Shown: positions 7,519-16,812, counted from the first letter of the stretch. The stretch: DNA of 46,653 bases from an uncultured Bacteroidales bacterium (GCA_964397745.1 CAYNKH010000002.1:1-46653); one strand, 5' to 3'. Made by a program: numbers and translations. The notes: generated by a model not told the origin, from the letters alone.

Positions 7519-9216
7519 TTAATTTTGTGGCTTTAACATGCCATTATAATTTTGCTGATTGTTTAAAATATTCATTGCCTTTTTAATTTCAGCATCATTT
7601 TTAACCCCGTAAATTATTCCGCCTTTTTCGTAATAATATTTTACAATTATTTCTTGACTTATCATTTCTTTAATTTCTTCTTTAAATAATCTGAGGTCTT
7701 TATCCTTATCGTGAGCGAATTTTTTTGTAAGGGTTTCGAGTTCCTCTTCGGCAACGGCAAAATATTTTTCTTCTTTCGATGATTTGATTAGTTGATTAAG
7801 AGTTTCTTCTGTTTTTGTTTTATAATCAAAATCTTTATCTTTAATAAATTCCATAAAGTTTTCAAAATCTTTATCTGTAAAAACAAAATCTTCAACAGGT
7901 GCAATTTCGCTATTTGTAAATTTATAATAATTCGCATAATCAAAGATAATATCTTTCACAATTAGGCTGGATGTTATCATGCTTAGTTTTTCTATCTCAA
8001 TTTCGATATCAGGTCTTACGCCTCCACCATCAAAAACTTTACGTCCATTTTTTGTAGAAAATTCAGAGACAATTGAGTCGGGCATAACTCCTACACTGCC
8101 GTCCTCGTTACGGTGAGTATAATCTAAAGCTTGAATACAACGCCCACTTGGGATATAGTATTTTGCAGTTGTAACTTTTAATATGCCATTATAACTAAGA
8201 TTTCGTGTAGTTTGCACTAATCCTTTACCAAAAGTTCTTTGACCAATTACAATGCCTCTATCGAGATCTTGAACACAGCCAGCAACAATTTCGGAGGCAG
8301 AAGCAGACGCTCTATTTACAATTACTACAAGTTTTATTTCAGTATCTAATGGTTCTGCATTAGCTTTATATTCTTTATCCCATTGAGCCACTTTGCCTTG
8401 AGTACTTACAATTAGCTCACCTTTTTCTACAAACAAGTTACATATTTTAACCGCTTCGACCAAGAGTCCTCCCGGATTTCCTCTTAAATCGAGCACTAAA
8501 GATTTAATATCGTGTTCTTTTTTTAAGTCCACAAAAGCATCTTTCACTTCGGAGGCTGCTGTGTTTGTGAAACTACTTAGTGCAATATATCCTGTGTTAT
8601 TATCGCCTATAATTCCGTAATATGGTACAGATTTTCTTTTGATTTCTTGTCTAACAACTTCAATTTCAGTAGGTTTGTCTTGTCCCAATCGTTCGATGCT
8701 TAACAATACAGCTGTATTGGGTTCTCCCCTTAAAAGTTCCGACACTTGCTCTGAGGACATATTTTGCACGGATCTCCCGTCAATTTCTAATATAACATCT
8801 CCAGCTTCGAGTCCAGCTATTGCTGCTGGGCTGTCTTCATAAGGTTGATAAATAATTGTATATTCTTCACGTTTGCGAATTACTGCACCAATGCCGCCGT
8901 ATTGTCCTGTTGTCATAAATTTGATGTCCTCAATTTTTGACTCTGGAATATAAACAGTATATGGGTCTAGACTTTTTAACATCGCATCAATTCCCGTTTT
9001 AATTATGTCGCCAGGAATAATTGGATCAACGTAATAAAGGTTTAATTCCTTGTATAGAGAATAAAAGACATCTAAGTTTTTAACAGTTTCAAAATTGTCT
9101 TCATTGGTTTTTGTGTCTCTACTTAAAGTAAAAGACATTAACAAAAATATAAAAAGTGTCAGAAACGTTGCAGTATAACGACTACTTATGTTTATTAGTT
9201 TATTAGTTTTTTTCAT
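7519..9216 (-). CDS. ctp: S41 family C-terminal processing peptidase with PDZ domain
   Basis: 565 aa. N-terminal membrane anchor, PDZ segment (GLEAGDVILEIDGRSV), and S41 motifs LVLDLRGNPGG, ASASASE and RTFGKGLVQ. Confidence 0.9.
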   Translation of the reverse strand: MKKTNKLINISSRYTATFLTLFIFLLMSFTLSRDTKTNEDNFETVKNLDVFYSLYKELNLYYVDPIIPGDIIKTGIDAMLKSLDPYTVYIPESKIEDIKFMTTGQYGGIGAVIRKREEYTIIYQPYEDSPAAIAGLEAGDVILEIDGRSVQNMSSEQVSELLRGEPNTAVLLSIERLGQDKPTEIEVVRQEIKRKSVPYYGIIGDNNTGYIALSSFTNTAASEVKDAFVDLKKEHDIKSLVLDLRGNPGGLLVEAVKICNLFVEKGELIVSTQGKVAQWDKEYKANAEPLDTEIKLVVIVNRASASASEIVAGCVQDLDRGIVIGQRTFGKGLVQTTRNLSYNGILKVTTAKYYIPSGRCIQALDYTHRNEDGSVGVMPDSIVSEFSTKNGRKVFDGGGVRPDIEIEIEKLSMITSSLIVKDIIFDYANYYKFTNSEIAPVEDFVFTDKDFENFMEFIKDKDFDYKTKTEETLNQLIKSSKEEKYFAVAEEELETLTKKFAHDKDKDLRLFKEEIKEMISQEIIVKYYYEKGGIIYGVKNDAEIKKAMNILNNQQNYNGMLKPQN

Positions 9217-9611
9217 AGATTCAATAAATTTGAATAAATATTTTGTAAAGATAAAACTATTTTATTCTCAATTATATTGTAATCTTCTATCTTATTTGAA
9301 TAATATACAAATCCAATGTGAGTTTCAATATTTTTATCAATACATATTTGTTTTAATTCTGACAGATTTAGCCTTATTGCTTCTTTGATTCTTCTCTTTA
9401 CAAGGTTTCGGTCGCACGCTTTATTAATTTGCTTTTTAGGAACAGAAATAAAAAGCTTAATCCCAATATAATTACTGTTTTCTTTAGCTAAATAAACAGT
9501 TTTGAGTGGAGCGTTAGTAAAACGCATACCCTTTTCGAATAAGTTTTGTATTTCGGATTTATGTTTTAAAAAATACTTTCTGTTCAGTTTATTATTTTGG
9601 TTTTGAAACAT
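9213..9611 (-). CDS. rnpA: ribonuclease P protein component
   Basis: 132 aa, basic. Contains the RNLVKRRIKEAIR (RNR-type) motif. An ATGA overlap links it to the downstream ctp start. Confidence 0.8.
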   Translation of the reverse strand: MFQNQNNKLNRKYFLKHKSEIQNLFEKGMRFTNAPLKTVYLAKENSNYIGIKLFISVPKKQINKACDRNLVKRRIKEAIRLNLSELKQICIDKNIETHIGFVYYSNKIEDYNIIENKIVLSLQNIYSNLLNL

Positions 9612-9627
9612 AAGTTAAAACCTCTAG

Positions 9628-10368
9628 CTACTTTTGAGCTTTTATATATTGTTCTAAGGCTGCGGTCATCGAGGGGGCTTTAGCGGCTGGTGCTTTAATG
9701 TCTAAGCGTAAGCTATGTGTTTCGACAGCATTTGCAGTGGCTGGTCCAAAAGTAGCAATTTTTGTTCCATTTTGATGAAACTCAGGAAAGTTTTGCAAAA
9801 GAGAAGCTACGCCTGCTGGACTGAAGAACACTAAGATGTCATAGTTTACATCTTTAAGGTTCGATAAATCAGCACTAACTGTTCGATAAAGTATAGCTTT
9901 TGTAAATTTAATATTTGCCTTAGTAAGTTTACTTGGGATTTCTTGCTTGTGAATATCGCTTAATGGGATGATGAATTTTTCGTCCGCATTTTTTTTAATT
10001 AATTCTAATAAATCATCAAAAGTACCATTACCATAAAATATTTTTCTTTTACGATACACTACGTACTTTTGTAAATAAAATGCGATAGATTCTGATATGC
10101 AAAAATATTTCCAAGCATCATTAATCGTCACTTTCATTTCTTCGCATATCCTAAAAAAGTGATCGATTGCAGTTCGGCTATTAAAAATAACAGCAGTATG
10201 TTTAGCTATATCAACCTTACAACATCTAAATTCCTTCATTGAAACACCTTCAACCTGAACAAATGGGCGAAAATCAATTTTTAAATTGTATTTTTTTGCC
10301 AAATCAAAATATGGAGATTTTTCTGTCGCCGGTTTAGGTTGTGAAACTAGAATGCTTTTAATTTTCAT
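9628..10368 (-). CDS. uroporphyrinogen-III synthase-like (HemD family) protein
   Basis: ILVSQPKP...SPYFDLAKKY...FRPF and the two-lobe HemD-like layout. The ATG at 10368 (MKIKSILVSQ) is preferred over the TTG at 10392 in the ORF track. Confidence 0.7.
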   Translation of the reverse strand: MKIKSILVSQPKPATEKSPYFDLAKKYNLKIDFRPFVQVEGVSMKEFRCCKVDIAKHTAVIFNSRTAIDHFFRICEEMKVTINDAWKYFCISESIAFYLQKYVVYRKRKIFYGNGTFDDLLELIKKNADEKFIIPLSDIHKQEIPSKLTKANIKFTKAILYRTVSADLSNLKDVNYDILVFFSPAGVASLLQNFPEFHQNGTKIATFGPATANAVETHSLRLDIKAPAAKAPSMTAALEQYIKAQK

Positions 10369-10398
10369 TCTCAAAAGTTTTTTAGTTAACAAATTTAT

Positions 10399-11127
10399 TT
10401 AAAATTTACCCAATAGTTTTATTAATACTATAATGGGTAATATTTCAAAAATGCAAAAGTACAAAATTGAGTAGTGATTAAAAAATTTAATTTTAAGAGA
10501 TTGCCTAAAGAAGATAAATAAGTTATAAAAAAATAATATGCTTGCCATTACTAAAATTAGAGTTATCAACACATTAAGCAACATGCCTCCAACAAATGGA
10601 ATAAGTATAAAAACAGGAAAAACAATTAATCCTGTCAATCTCAGTGCATGAAAAAAACTGTCTAAATATGCTTTTATTTGCAACTGTATATTAAATAACC
10701 ATGCAAAGTAGTGGTAGGTTAAGTATTTTAGCATCATTAATATGATAACCCCAAGTGTAATAACCGAAAATTCTAAAATTGTTTTTGAATCTGATAGGAT
10801 AATTGTGTTATATGGGTAATATCGAAATACTGTATAAATTGCACCACCGATACTTATTGCTGCTGCTATTATTATAACTAGATCTGCTTGTTTTACGTTA
10901 GAATTTGTTTCGCTATATGCCACTCTTGCAATGTCTTGCTTAAAAGCAATAAAAAACAAGTGATTGTAATACTTTGGAAAAAAAATTTTAATGCTAATGT
11001 AAGTAATAAATAGCAATAATGATACAGCAAGAAGTATGAATTGCCCATAGTCTGAATGCCTTTGTATTGAAGGCATCAACAGTTCTAAAAATACGCTATT
11101 AAATTGCATACTTATATTATTTCTCAA
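10399..11127 (-). CDS. DUF4271-like polytopic membrane protein
   Basis: 242 aa with about 6 hydrophobic segments. The position next to the HemD-like gene is the usual Bacteroidota arrangement for this family. The family call comes from recall and context. Confidence 0.55.
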   Translation of the reverse strand: MRNNISMQFNSVFLELLMPSIQRHSDYGQFILLAVSLLLFITYISIKIFFPKYYNHLFFIAFKQDIARVAYSETNSNVKQADLVIIIAAAISIGGAIYTVFRYYPYNTIILSDSKTILEFSVITLGVIILMMLKYLTYHYFAWLFNIQLQIKAYLDSFFHALRLTGLIVFPVFILIPFVGGMLLNVLITLILVMASILFFYNLFIFFRQSLKIKFFNHYSILYFCIFEILPIIVLIKLLGKF

Positions 11128-12025
11128 TACTAAAGCTATTTTGCCCTATTTTTTCTCCACCCATATAAAGCTCTACCGTATATTTTCCGAGCAGGACAGC
11201 TTCTTCGATGTCATAAAAAATTACAACAGCGAGGTCTTTATTATTGTAAATAATATCTCTATATGCCGAGCATGCGATTTGCTTTTCTCTATACTCAAAA
11301 GTGTCTCCTTTTGTCATAGTGTAGCCATCGGGACGAATAACTCTAAGATAAACCCGTCTTGGGCCAGGCTCCGCAAGATCGTTGCCAACAAGATTAAAAG
11401 AAACTTTTATTTTCTCTATACGTTTTGACTTTTCTGTTTCTTTTCCTCTGCGATTTAAAAAACCAATTTGGATATTTGAAGTCTTTATAACACTTGCAAC
11501 CTCAATTGTAGTTTCAAGTTCAGTGTTTTTCTCCACAACTCCATCCATTTCTGTTTTTATTCTAATATGTTCTTGTTTAACATGAATATTTTCTGCTATT
11601 AGTTTTTTGTTCATTTGGTCGAGACTATCAATCTGATAAACATAATGGCGCATTATGGAGCGTAATGAACTTAATTCGTTTTCGTATTTTTTCTGAATAC
11701 TGTAACTATAGTTTTTTACATTTTCGAGTTCTTCTATTAATGACATTATGTGCTCTTTTTCCATTTGTATTTCAGAGTTTAAACTGTCATTTGATGTTTC
11801 AAGCAAACTATAATCGTCGTACAACAAATTAAGTTCTTGCTTAAGATTATCTTTTTCTTTTGTAACTTCTTGCGTTTTAACAATACTCGTTTGATTTCTT
11901 TTTGAAAGATCGTGCAACATATATCCCATAACCGCAATAGCCACAAGCATCAATGATACTAATGCAATTAGCACTTTAGTGGTTGTGTCCTTCTTGTTCC
12001 GTTTTATTTCATTCATTTCAGTCAT
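11117..12025 (-). CDS. membrane-anchored coiled-coil protein, unknown function
   Basis: 302 aa. One N-terminal TM helix (VLIALVSLMLVAIAVMGYM), about 150 aa of heptad-like E/K/L/N-rich sequence, and a C-terminal beta-rich domain. It overlaps the next gene by 11 nt. Confidence 0.6.
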   Translation of the reverse strand: MTEMNEIKRNKKDTTTKVLIALVSLMLVAIAVMGYMLHDLSKRNQTSIVKTQEVTKEKDNLKQELNLLYDDYSLLETSNDSLNSEIQMEKEHIMSLIEELENVKNYSYSIQKKYENELSSLRSIMRHYVYQIDSLDQMNKKLIAENIHVKQEHIRIKTEMDGVVEKNTELETTIEVASVIKTSNIQIGFLNRRGKETEKSKRIEKIKVSFNLVGNDLAEPGPRRVYLRVIRPDGYTMTKGDTFEYREKQIACSAYRDIIYNNKDLAVVIFYDIEEAVLLGKYTVELYMGGEKIGQNSFSIEK

Positions 12026-12042
12026 ATAAATATAATTTAATG

Positions 12043-12050
12043 CAAAATTA
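12043..12050 (-). promoter_or_regulatory. Bacteroidota-type -7 promoter box (TAnnTTTG) for the 12025-to-6516 gene string
   Basis: The minus strand reads TAATTTTG, 18 nt upstream of the ATG at 12025. Confidence 0.45.
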
Positions 12051-12082
12051 GAAAAATTGAGACTATATATTAATAAAAGTAG

Positions 12083-12090
12083 TATTTTTG
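12083..12090 (+). promoter_or_regulatory. Bacteroidota-type -7 promoter box (TAnnTTTG)
   Basis: TATTTTTG lies 20 nt upstream of the ATG at 12110. It is divergent from the box at 12043-12050. Confidence 0.45.
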
Positions 12091-12109
12091 GTAAAAATTA
12101 TTTATAAAA

Positions 12110-12961
12110 ATGAAATTGTTTTTATTAGAGACACCTAATTTTAAGATTGATGGAGGGGCTTTTTTTGGCATCATTCCTAAAACCTTTTGGGAAAAGAAAT
12201 ATCCTGCAGATAAAAATAATATGTGTAATGCTGCATGTAGGTCGATGCTTATAAAAGAAAGTGGTCGTCTTATTCTTATTGATACTGGTATTGGCGAAAA
12301 AAATGAAAGTGGTTCTCAAGATGGATATTTTGTTGATTTTGCAGAAAACTTAGAAGCAAATATTAAAAAAGCTGGGTTCGACCCTAAGGATGTTAGTGAT
12401 GTGGTGCTTACGCATTTACACTTTGACCATTGTGGGGGAACTACTAAGATTGACCTGGTAACAAAAAAAGAAGAAAACGTTTTTCCAAATGCAAACTTTT
12501 ATATTTCTCAAACCCAGTGGGACAATGCTGTAAATCCAAATTATCGAGAAAAATCTTCTTATGTTATCAGTAAATTTGGTTTTTTGGCCAAAACCAATAA
12601 ACTACGACTTGTAAAACAAGAGCTTTATTTAACTCCAAACATACACCTTAGGATTTTTAATGGACACACACCAGGATTAATGCTGCCAGTTATAAAGCAT
12701 GAAGATAAAACGCTGTTTTTTGGTGGAGACCTTATTCCTGCGGCCGCCTCAATACCTTTATCGTGGGTGTCTGCGTATGATCTTTTTCCTTTGACCAGTA
12801 TAAGAGAAAAACAAGAAATACTTAAAGAAGCCGCAAAAGACAATTGGATATTAATTTTGCAGCATGATTATTATAATGAGTGTTGCAACCTTGTTCATAC
12901 TCCTAGAGGCGTTAGAGCAAACGAGATATTAAAATTTAACGAATTGTTCAATGAAAATTAA
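12110..12961 (+). CDS. MBL-fold metallo-hydrolase
   Basis: 283 aa with the THLHFDHCGG (HxHxDH) metallo-beta-lactamase motif and downstream His/Asp ligands. Confidence 0.85.
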   Translation: MKLFLLETPNFKIDGGAFFGIIPKTFWEKKYPADKNNMCNAACRSMLIKESGRLILIDTGIGEKNESGSQDGYFVDFAENLEANIKKAGFDPKDVSDVVLTHLHFDHCGGTTKIDLVTKKEENVFPNANFYISQTQWDNAVNPNYREKSSYVISKFGFLAKTNKLRLVKQELYLTPNIHLRIFNGHTPGLMLPVIKHEDKTLFFGGDLIPAAASIPLSWVSAYDLFPLTSIREKQEILKEAAKDNWILILQHDYYNECCNLVHTPRGVRANEILKFNELFNEN

Positions 12962-13316
12962 AACACTTATTATATCGGGATTTATATCATTGTTTGTGCT
13001 TTCGTGTACGGATACTTATGTCTATAACGCATCACAACGCAAACTTATCAACAATTCTTGGCAAGTTAATACTTATGTTGATTATTCGCAAAACAGTACT
13101 TTAAATATCATTCAAGCAGTATATGTTTTTGAAGAATCAGGCGTTTTAACCAAAATTTACCCTAATAATGATACTGTTATTGCAGAGTGGTCGATGAGTG
13201 TAGATGCTCAATATCTTATTTTAGGGGCTAATACATTCAAAATCACAGCGTTGACAAATAAAGTGATGTCTCTTAGGTTTGGCGATGCAGAAATGTTTTT
13301 TATTGCAAGGAATTAA
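12951..13316 (+). CDS. small lipoprotein (lipocalin-like)
   Basis: 121 aa. Lipobox is LFVLSC. It overlaps the preceding gene by 11 nt. Confidence 0.55.
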   Translation: MKIKTLIISGFISLFVLSCTDTYVYNASQRKLINNSWQVNTYVDYSQNSTLNIIQAVYVFEESGVLTKIYPNNDTVIAEWSMSVDAQYLILGANTFKITALTNKVMSLRFGDAEMFFIARN

Positions 13317-13323
13317 AGAACAA

Positions 13324-14841
13324 TTATTTACTAATTGCTAATAATTGCTCAACATATTCTCGAGTGCTCGATAATCGAGGTATTTTGTTTTGTCCTCCGA
13401 GTTTGCCTTTATTTTTAAGCCATTGGTAAAAAGCTCCTTCTTTAAGTACATGGTGTCGAGGAAAGCCAATAGTAATATCTTTGTATCTTTTTGCATCATA
13501 ATCAGAATTTATTTCTCGAAGTTTAGTGTCGAGATGAACCATAAACAAATCTATACTAATGGGCTCGACAATAAACTCAAATAGCCATTCGTGAACTCCT
13601 TGCGGATTTTTATCTAAAAACAATGGAGCTGCCGTAAACTCTCTAATTTTTGCTCCAGTTTTTTCGCAAGCAAAAACAATAGCTTTTTGAGCATTATTGA
13701 TAATTAATTCCTCTCCAAAGGCGTTAATAAAGTGTCGAGTTCTACCAGTGATAACAAACTTATATGGATTTCGAGATGTAAACATTACTGTATCTCCAAT
13801 TAAATAGCGCCATAGACCACCGTTTGTCGAAATAAGCATTGCATAATTGACATCTGTTTTAACTTCAGATAATGGAATGGCATTCATGTTTTCGGACAAG
13901 TAGTCTGATAGTTCAATAAATTCATAATAAATACCATAATCGAGCATGAGTAGCATTTCGTTTTTTCTTTGTTCAAACTCATCCTGAATTCCAAAAAAAC
14001 CTTCGCTTGCATTATAGGTTTCGAGGTAGGTCATTTTATCAGATGGGATTAACTCATGAAACATACTTTGATAAGGCATAAAACTTACTCCACCATGAAC
14101 ATACAACTCAAGATTAGGCCATACTTCTAAAATGTTTTTTTTGCCCGTAAAATCAAGAATGTTATTTAGTAGCACCAGCAACCAAGAGGGAACCCCAAGT
14201 AAGCTTGTTACGTTTTTATTGGTTGTTGTGTGAACAATTCTATCAAGTTTTTCGTCCCATTCTTCAATTAACGATATGTCTTCTTTAGGAAGTCGATGAA
14301 AGTATGTCCAAAATGGTAGGTTTTTGATTAAAACAGCAGACAAATCACCATAATATGAGTTTTCGCTATTCATGTTAACGTTAGTGCTACCGCCGATAGC
14401 AAGAGTTTTGCCTGTAAAAACCCCAGTTTCTGGATATTTGTCTGCATAAATAAAGTAAATGTCTTTTCCGCTCCTAAAATGGCAATCATCTAGCGACTCT
14501 TTGCTAATAGGAATAAATTTACTTCGGTCTGTGGTTGTTCCACTAGATTTTGCAAACCACTTAATCTCAGTAGGCCAAGTAATGTTTGGCTCTCCGCTTA
14601 AAAGTCTTTCGATATATGGTTTAAAGGTGTCATAGTCAAAAACTGGAACTTTTGAGGAAAAGTCGTGATGAGAACGTATATTGCTAAAGTCAAATTCTTT
14701 TCCAAATTCGGTATCTTTAGCAAAATCAATAAGATATTGCAAAACGCCCTCTTGCACTTCGACTGGATTTTTTCTAAAATAGTCGATTTGAGCTAGCCTG
14801 CTATAATTTATCAGACTTACTATTGAATTTATCATTGACAT
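13324..14841 (-). CDS. GH3 family (auxin-responsive-promoter-like, acyl-adenylate-forming) protein
   Basis: FGKEFDF...VPVFDYDTFKPYIERL...WFAKSSGTT.DRSKFIPIS and the overall ~500-aa layout are typical of bacterial GH3 domain proteins. The ATG at 14841 (MSMINSI) is preferred over the upstream TTG at 14859. Confidence 0.8.
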   Translation of the reverse strand: MSMINSIVSLINYSRLAQIDYFRKNPVEVQEGVLQYLIDFAKDTEFGKEFDFSNIRSHHDFSSKVPVFDYDTFKPYIERLLSGEPNITWPTEIKWFAKSSGTTTDRSKFIPISKESLDDCHFRSGKDIYFIYADKYPETGVFTGKTLAIGGSTNVNMNSENSYYGDLSAVLIKNLPFWTYFHRLPKEDISLIEEWDEKLDRIVHTTTNKNVTSLLGVPSWLLVLLNNILDFTGKKNILEVWPNLELYVHGGVSFMPYQSMFHELIPSDKMTYLETYNASEGFFGIQDEFEQRKNEMLLMLDYGIYYEFIELSDYLSENMNAIPLSEVKTDVNYAMLISTNGGLWRYLIGDTVMFTSRNPYKFVITGRTRHFINAFGEELIINNAQKAIVFACEKTGAKIREFTAAPLFLDKNPQGVHEWLFEFIVEPISIDLFMVHLDTKLREINSDYDAKRYKDITIGFPRHHVLKEGAFYQWLKNKGKLGGQNKIPRLSSTREYVEQLLAISK

Positions 14842-14891
14842 ATCAGTACAAATTAACAAAAAAAAACTATTTTTAACAAAAAAATTATTTT

Positions 14892-15392
14892 ATGAGCATT
14901 TTTGATATTATTCTTGCAATTATAATCTGCTATTTTGGTTATAAGGGGTATAAAAACGGGCTCATCAAAGAACTTGGTAGTTTGGTCGCTTTGATAGCAG
15001 GAATGTTTATTGCAATAAGATTTTCTGATTTAGTTAACTCGATTTTAATAAACAATACTAATATTGCCTCAAAGTTTATTCCTATTGTTTCTTTTGCAGC
15101 AATTTTTGTCGCAATAGTTGTACTTGTTTTAGTTTTTTCTAAAATATTAGACAGATTTATAAAAGTTATCAAACTAAATTGGCTTAATAAATTTGGTGGC
15201 ATTGTTTTCTCATTGTCAAAAACAACAATTATATTAGGAGGGCTTTTTTTTCTTATTCTACAGCTAAATAATAAAATAGGATTAGTCGCACCTGAATTAT
15301 TTAATAAATCATTATTGTATAAACCTCTGGTAAAAGTATTTGAATTTATTTTTCCGTATTTAGACCACTTAACGGTTTACACTGTATTGTAG
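14892..15392 (+). CDS. cvpA: CvpA family membrane protein
   Basis: 166 aa. N-terminus IFDIILAIIICYFGYKGYKNGLIKELGSL and 4 TM segments are typical of CvpA. Confidence 0.8.
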   Translation: MSIFDIILAIIICYFGYKGYKNGLIKELGSLVALIAGMFIAIRFSDLVNSILINNTNIASKFIPIVSFAAIFVAIVVLVLVFSKILDRFIKVIKLNWLNKFGGIVFSLSKTTIILGGLFFLILQLNNKIGLVAPELFNKSLLYKPLVKVFEFIFPYLDHLTVYTVL

Positions 15393-15449
15393 AGCATGAG
15401 TTCAATATGTTTTTAAAGTTAGAACAGATTTTAGTGCTGTTATTGCTGA

Positions 15450-15619
15450 TGGTCTAATCCAATGGGGCAGGCCTCCCTTCGGGGAATCAAAGGGTGTGAG
15501 AAGGGGAATTGGGGTTTGAGTAAAATGGGACTTCGAGACGATTCTTGTGCCTCGAATTATAGGTGGTTGAGCGAAGCCAAAACCACCGATTTAGACAGAT
15601 GTGTTCATTTGTGGTTTTT
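15450..15619 (+). ncRNA. candidate structured small RNA or structured cvpA 3' UTR (family not recognised)
   Basis: Locally G+C/G-rich island in an AT-rich genome. Hairpins: TCCC-TTCG-GGGA (15474-15485), TTCGAG/CTCGAA (15532-15556) and GGTGGTT/AACCACC (15562-15587). A terminal hairpin ACAGATG-TGTT-CATTTGT plus GGTTTTT (15595-15619) looks like an intrinsic terminator. The overlapping 62-aa ORF is implausible. The 5' end is not defined. Confidence 0.35.
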
Positions 15620-15692
15620 AGTTTACAATTTTTACAAAAAAATACGATAGTTTCATTTTACGACAACAGGCTATCACAAACTATCTTATAGT

Positions 15693-15722
15693 AAAAAAAA
15701 GCCTCGCATTGCGAGGCTTTTT

Positions 15723-15723
<1 letters not shown>
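15693..15723. terminator. bidirectional intrinsic terminator
   Basis: A8-GCCTCGC-ATT-GCGAGGC-T6. A perfect 7-bp GC-rich stem (15701-15717) is flanked by an A-run and a T-run. It lies immediately 3' of tRNA-His on the minus strand. Confidence 0.8.
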
Positions 15724-15800
<77 letters not shown>

Positions 15801-15812
15801 ATTTTGAGAATG

Positions 15813-15820
15813 CAAATATA
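15813..15820 (-). promoter_or_regulatory. Bacteroidota-type -7 promoter box upstream of tRNA-His
   Basis: The minus strand reads TATATTTG, 12 nt upstream of the tRNA 5' end. A second box (TATTTTTG, 15841-15848) lies further upstream. Confidence 0.4.
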
Positions 15821-15851
15821 CAACCTAAATTATAATTGTGCAAAAATATTT

Positions 15852-16103
15852 TTAAATTTCAAAAATATTAAAATCGTAAGATTCAATTATTGGATTTGAA
15901 AGGATGTTTTTACATAAATCATCCACCATACTTGCTGCTTCAGCCTTGTCTTTAGCCTCTAGTTCGACATCAATGTGTTTTCCAATGCGAACATTTGAAA
16001 TTGTGTTAAATTTCATTTTTTTTGCACTGCTCATTACGGCTTTTCCTTGAGGGTCTAATAGAGCTTTAAGCGGCATTACATTAACTTGTGCGATAAATTT
16101 CAT
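15852..16103 (-). CDS. purS: phosphoribosylformylglycinamidine synthase subunit PurS
   Basis: 83 aa. VNVMPLKALLDPQGKAV...VRIGKHIDVEL...NPIIESY matches the PurS pattern. Confidence 0.85.
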   Translation of the reverse strand: MKFIAQVNVMPLKALLDPQGKAVMSSAKKMKFNTISNVRIGKHIDVELEAKDKAEAASMVDDLCKNILSNPIIESYDFNIFEI

Positions 16104-16107
16104 TCTA

Positions 16108-16812
16108 TTACTGTTTTTTAATTGTCAAAATTTGTTTCAAAAATGAGAGGGCAATATATAAAATAATTGCCAACCCTATCCCTAAAATTTTAAATATTAT
16201 TAACAAAATTAAACCTCCTAAAATTAATATCAGTTGCCAAGCAACTTCTTTAAGCTTAAAAGTCTTAAGTTTGAGAGACATCAACTTAATGTTTGAAACC
16301 ATTAGCAATGATAATAAGATGTTTATGGCAACAAAACTATATGGGGACAATAAAAATTCTGCAATTGGACTATTGTTATTAACACAATAATAGGATATCG
16401 AAATAATAAATAAAGCCATTGCAGGAGTCGGTAATCCTTTAAATTCAATTTTTTGCTCAGTATCAATGTTAAATTTTGCCAGTCTTAATGCAGCAAAAAC
16501 AACAAGCAGTAGTGCCGAAAACGCCAAAAATGTCTCATTATCATTTTTAATCAGAAAAAGATTGTAAAATATTGCTGTTGGAGCAAAACCAAAACTTATA
16601 AGATCGGCGAGCGAATCTAATTGCTTGCCAAATTCGGATACTGCTTTTAAAAGCCGTGCTGAGAACCCGTCAAAAAAATCAAAAACACTAGATAAAATCA
16701 CCAACAAAGCTGCTGTCTCAATATCTCCTCTAAAAGCAAAGATAATTGCTAAAGAACCCGAAATAAGATTCAAACTAGTTATCACTGATGGTATTACTTG
16801 TCTAATTTTCAT
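16108..16812 (-). CDS. pssA: CDP-diacylglycerol--serine O-phosphatidyltransferase
   Basis: 234 aa. The CDP-alcohol phosphatidyltransferase motif is DFFDGFSARLLKAVSEFGKQLDSLADLISFG. The protein is polytopic and membrane-embedded. Confidence 0.85.
   Translation of the reverse strand: MKIRQVIPSVITSLNLISGSLAIIFAFRGDIETAALLVILSSVFDFFDGFSARLLKAVSEFGKQLDSLADLISFGFAPTAIFYNLFLIKNDNETFLAFSALLLVVFAALRLAKFNIDTEQKIEFKGLPTPAMALFIISISYYCVNNNSPIAEFLLSPYSFVAINILLSLLMVSNIKLMSLKLKTFKLKEVAWQLILILGGLILLIIFKILGIGLAIILYIALSFLKQILTIKKQ

Noticed and set aside
15450-15620. Known RNA families for the GC-rich island (tmRNA, RNase P RNA, SRP RNA, 6S RNA, common riboswitches)
   Set aside because: I could not find the conserved cores. 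Missing are a tmRNA tag reading frame (..NYALAA), GAGGAAAGTCCGGGC for RNase P, GGAAGCAGCC-type SRP domain IV, and the B12, TPP or glycine boxes. No downstream plus-strand gene exists for a riboswitch. The 6S rod structure was not evident. A covariance-model scan is still needed.
15462-15650. 62-aa ORF (MGQASLRGIKGCEKGNWGLSKMGLRDD...) in the ORF track
   Set aside because: It lies entirely within the G-rich structured island. Its Gly/Arg/Trp-rich composition follows the nucleotide bias. It has no promoter box and no recognisable domain, and it runs through a terminator-like hairpin. It is better explained as non-coding.
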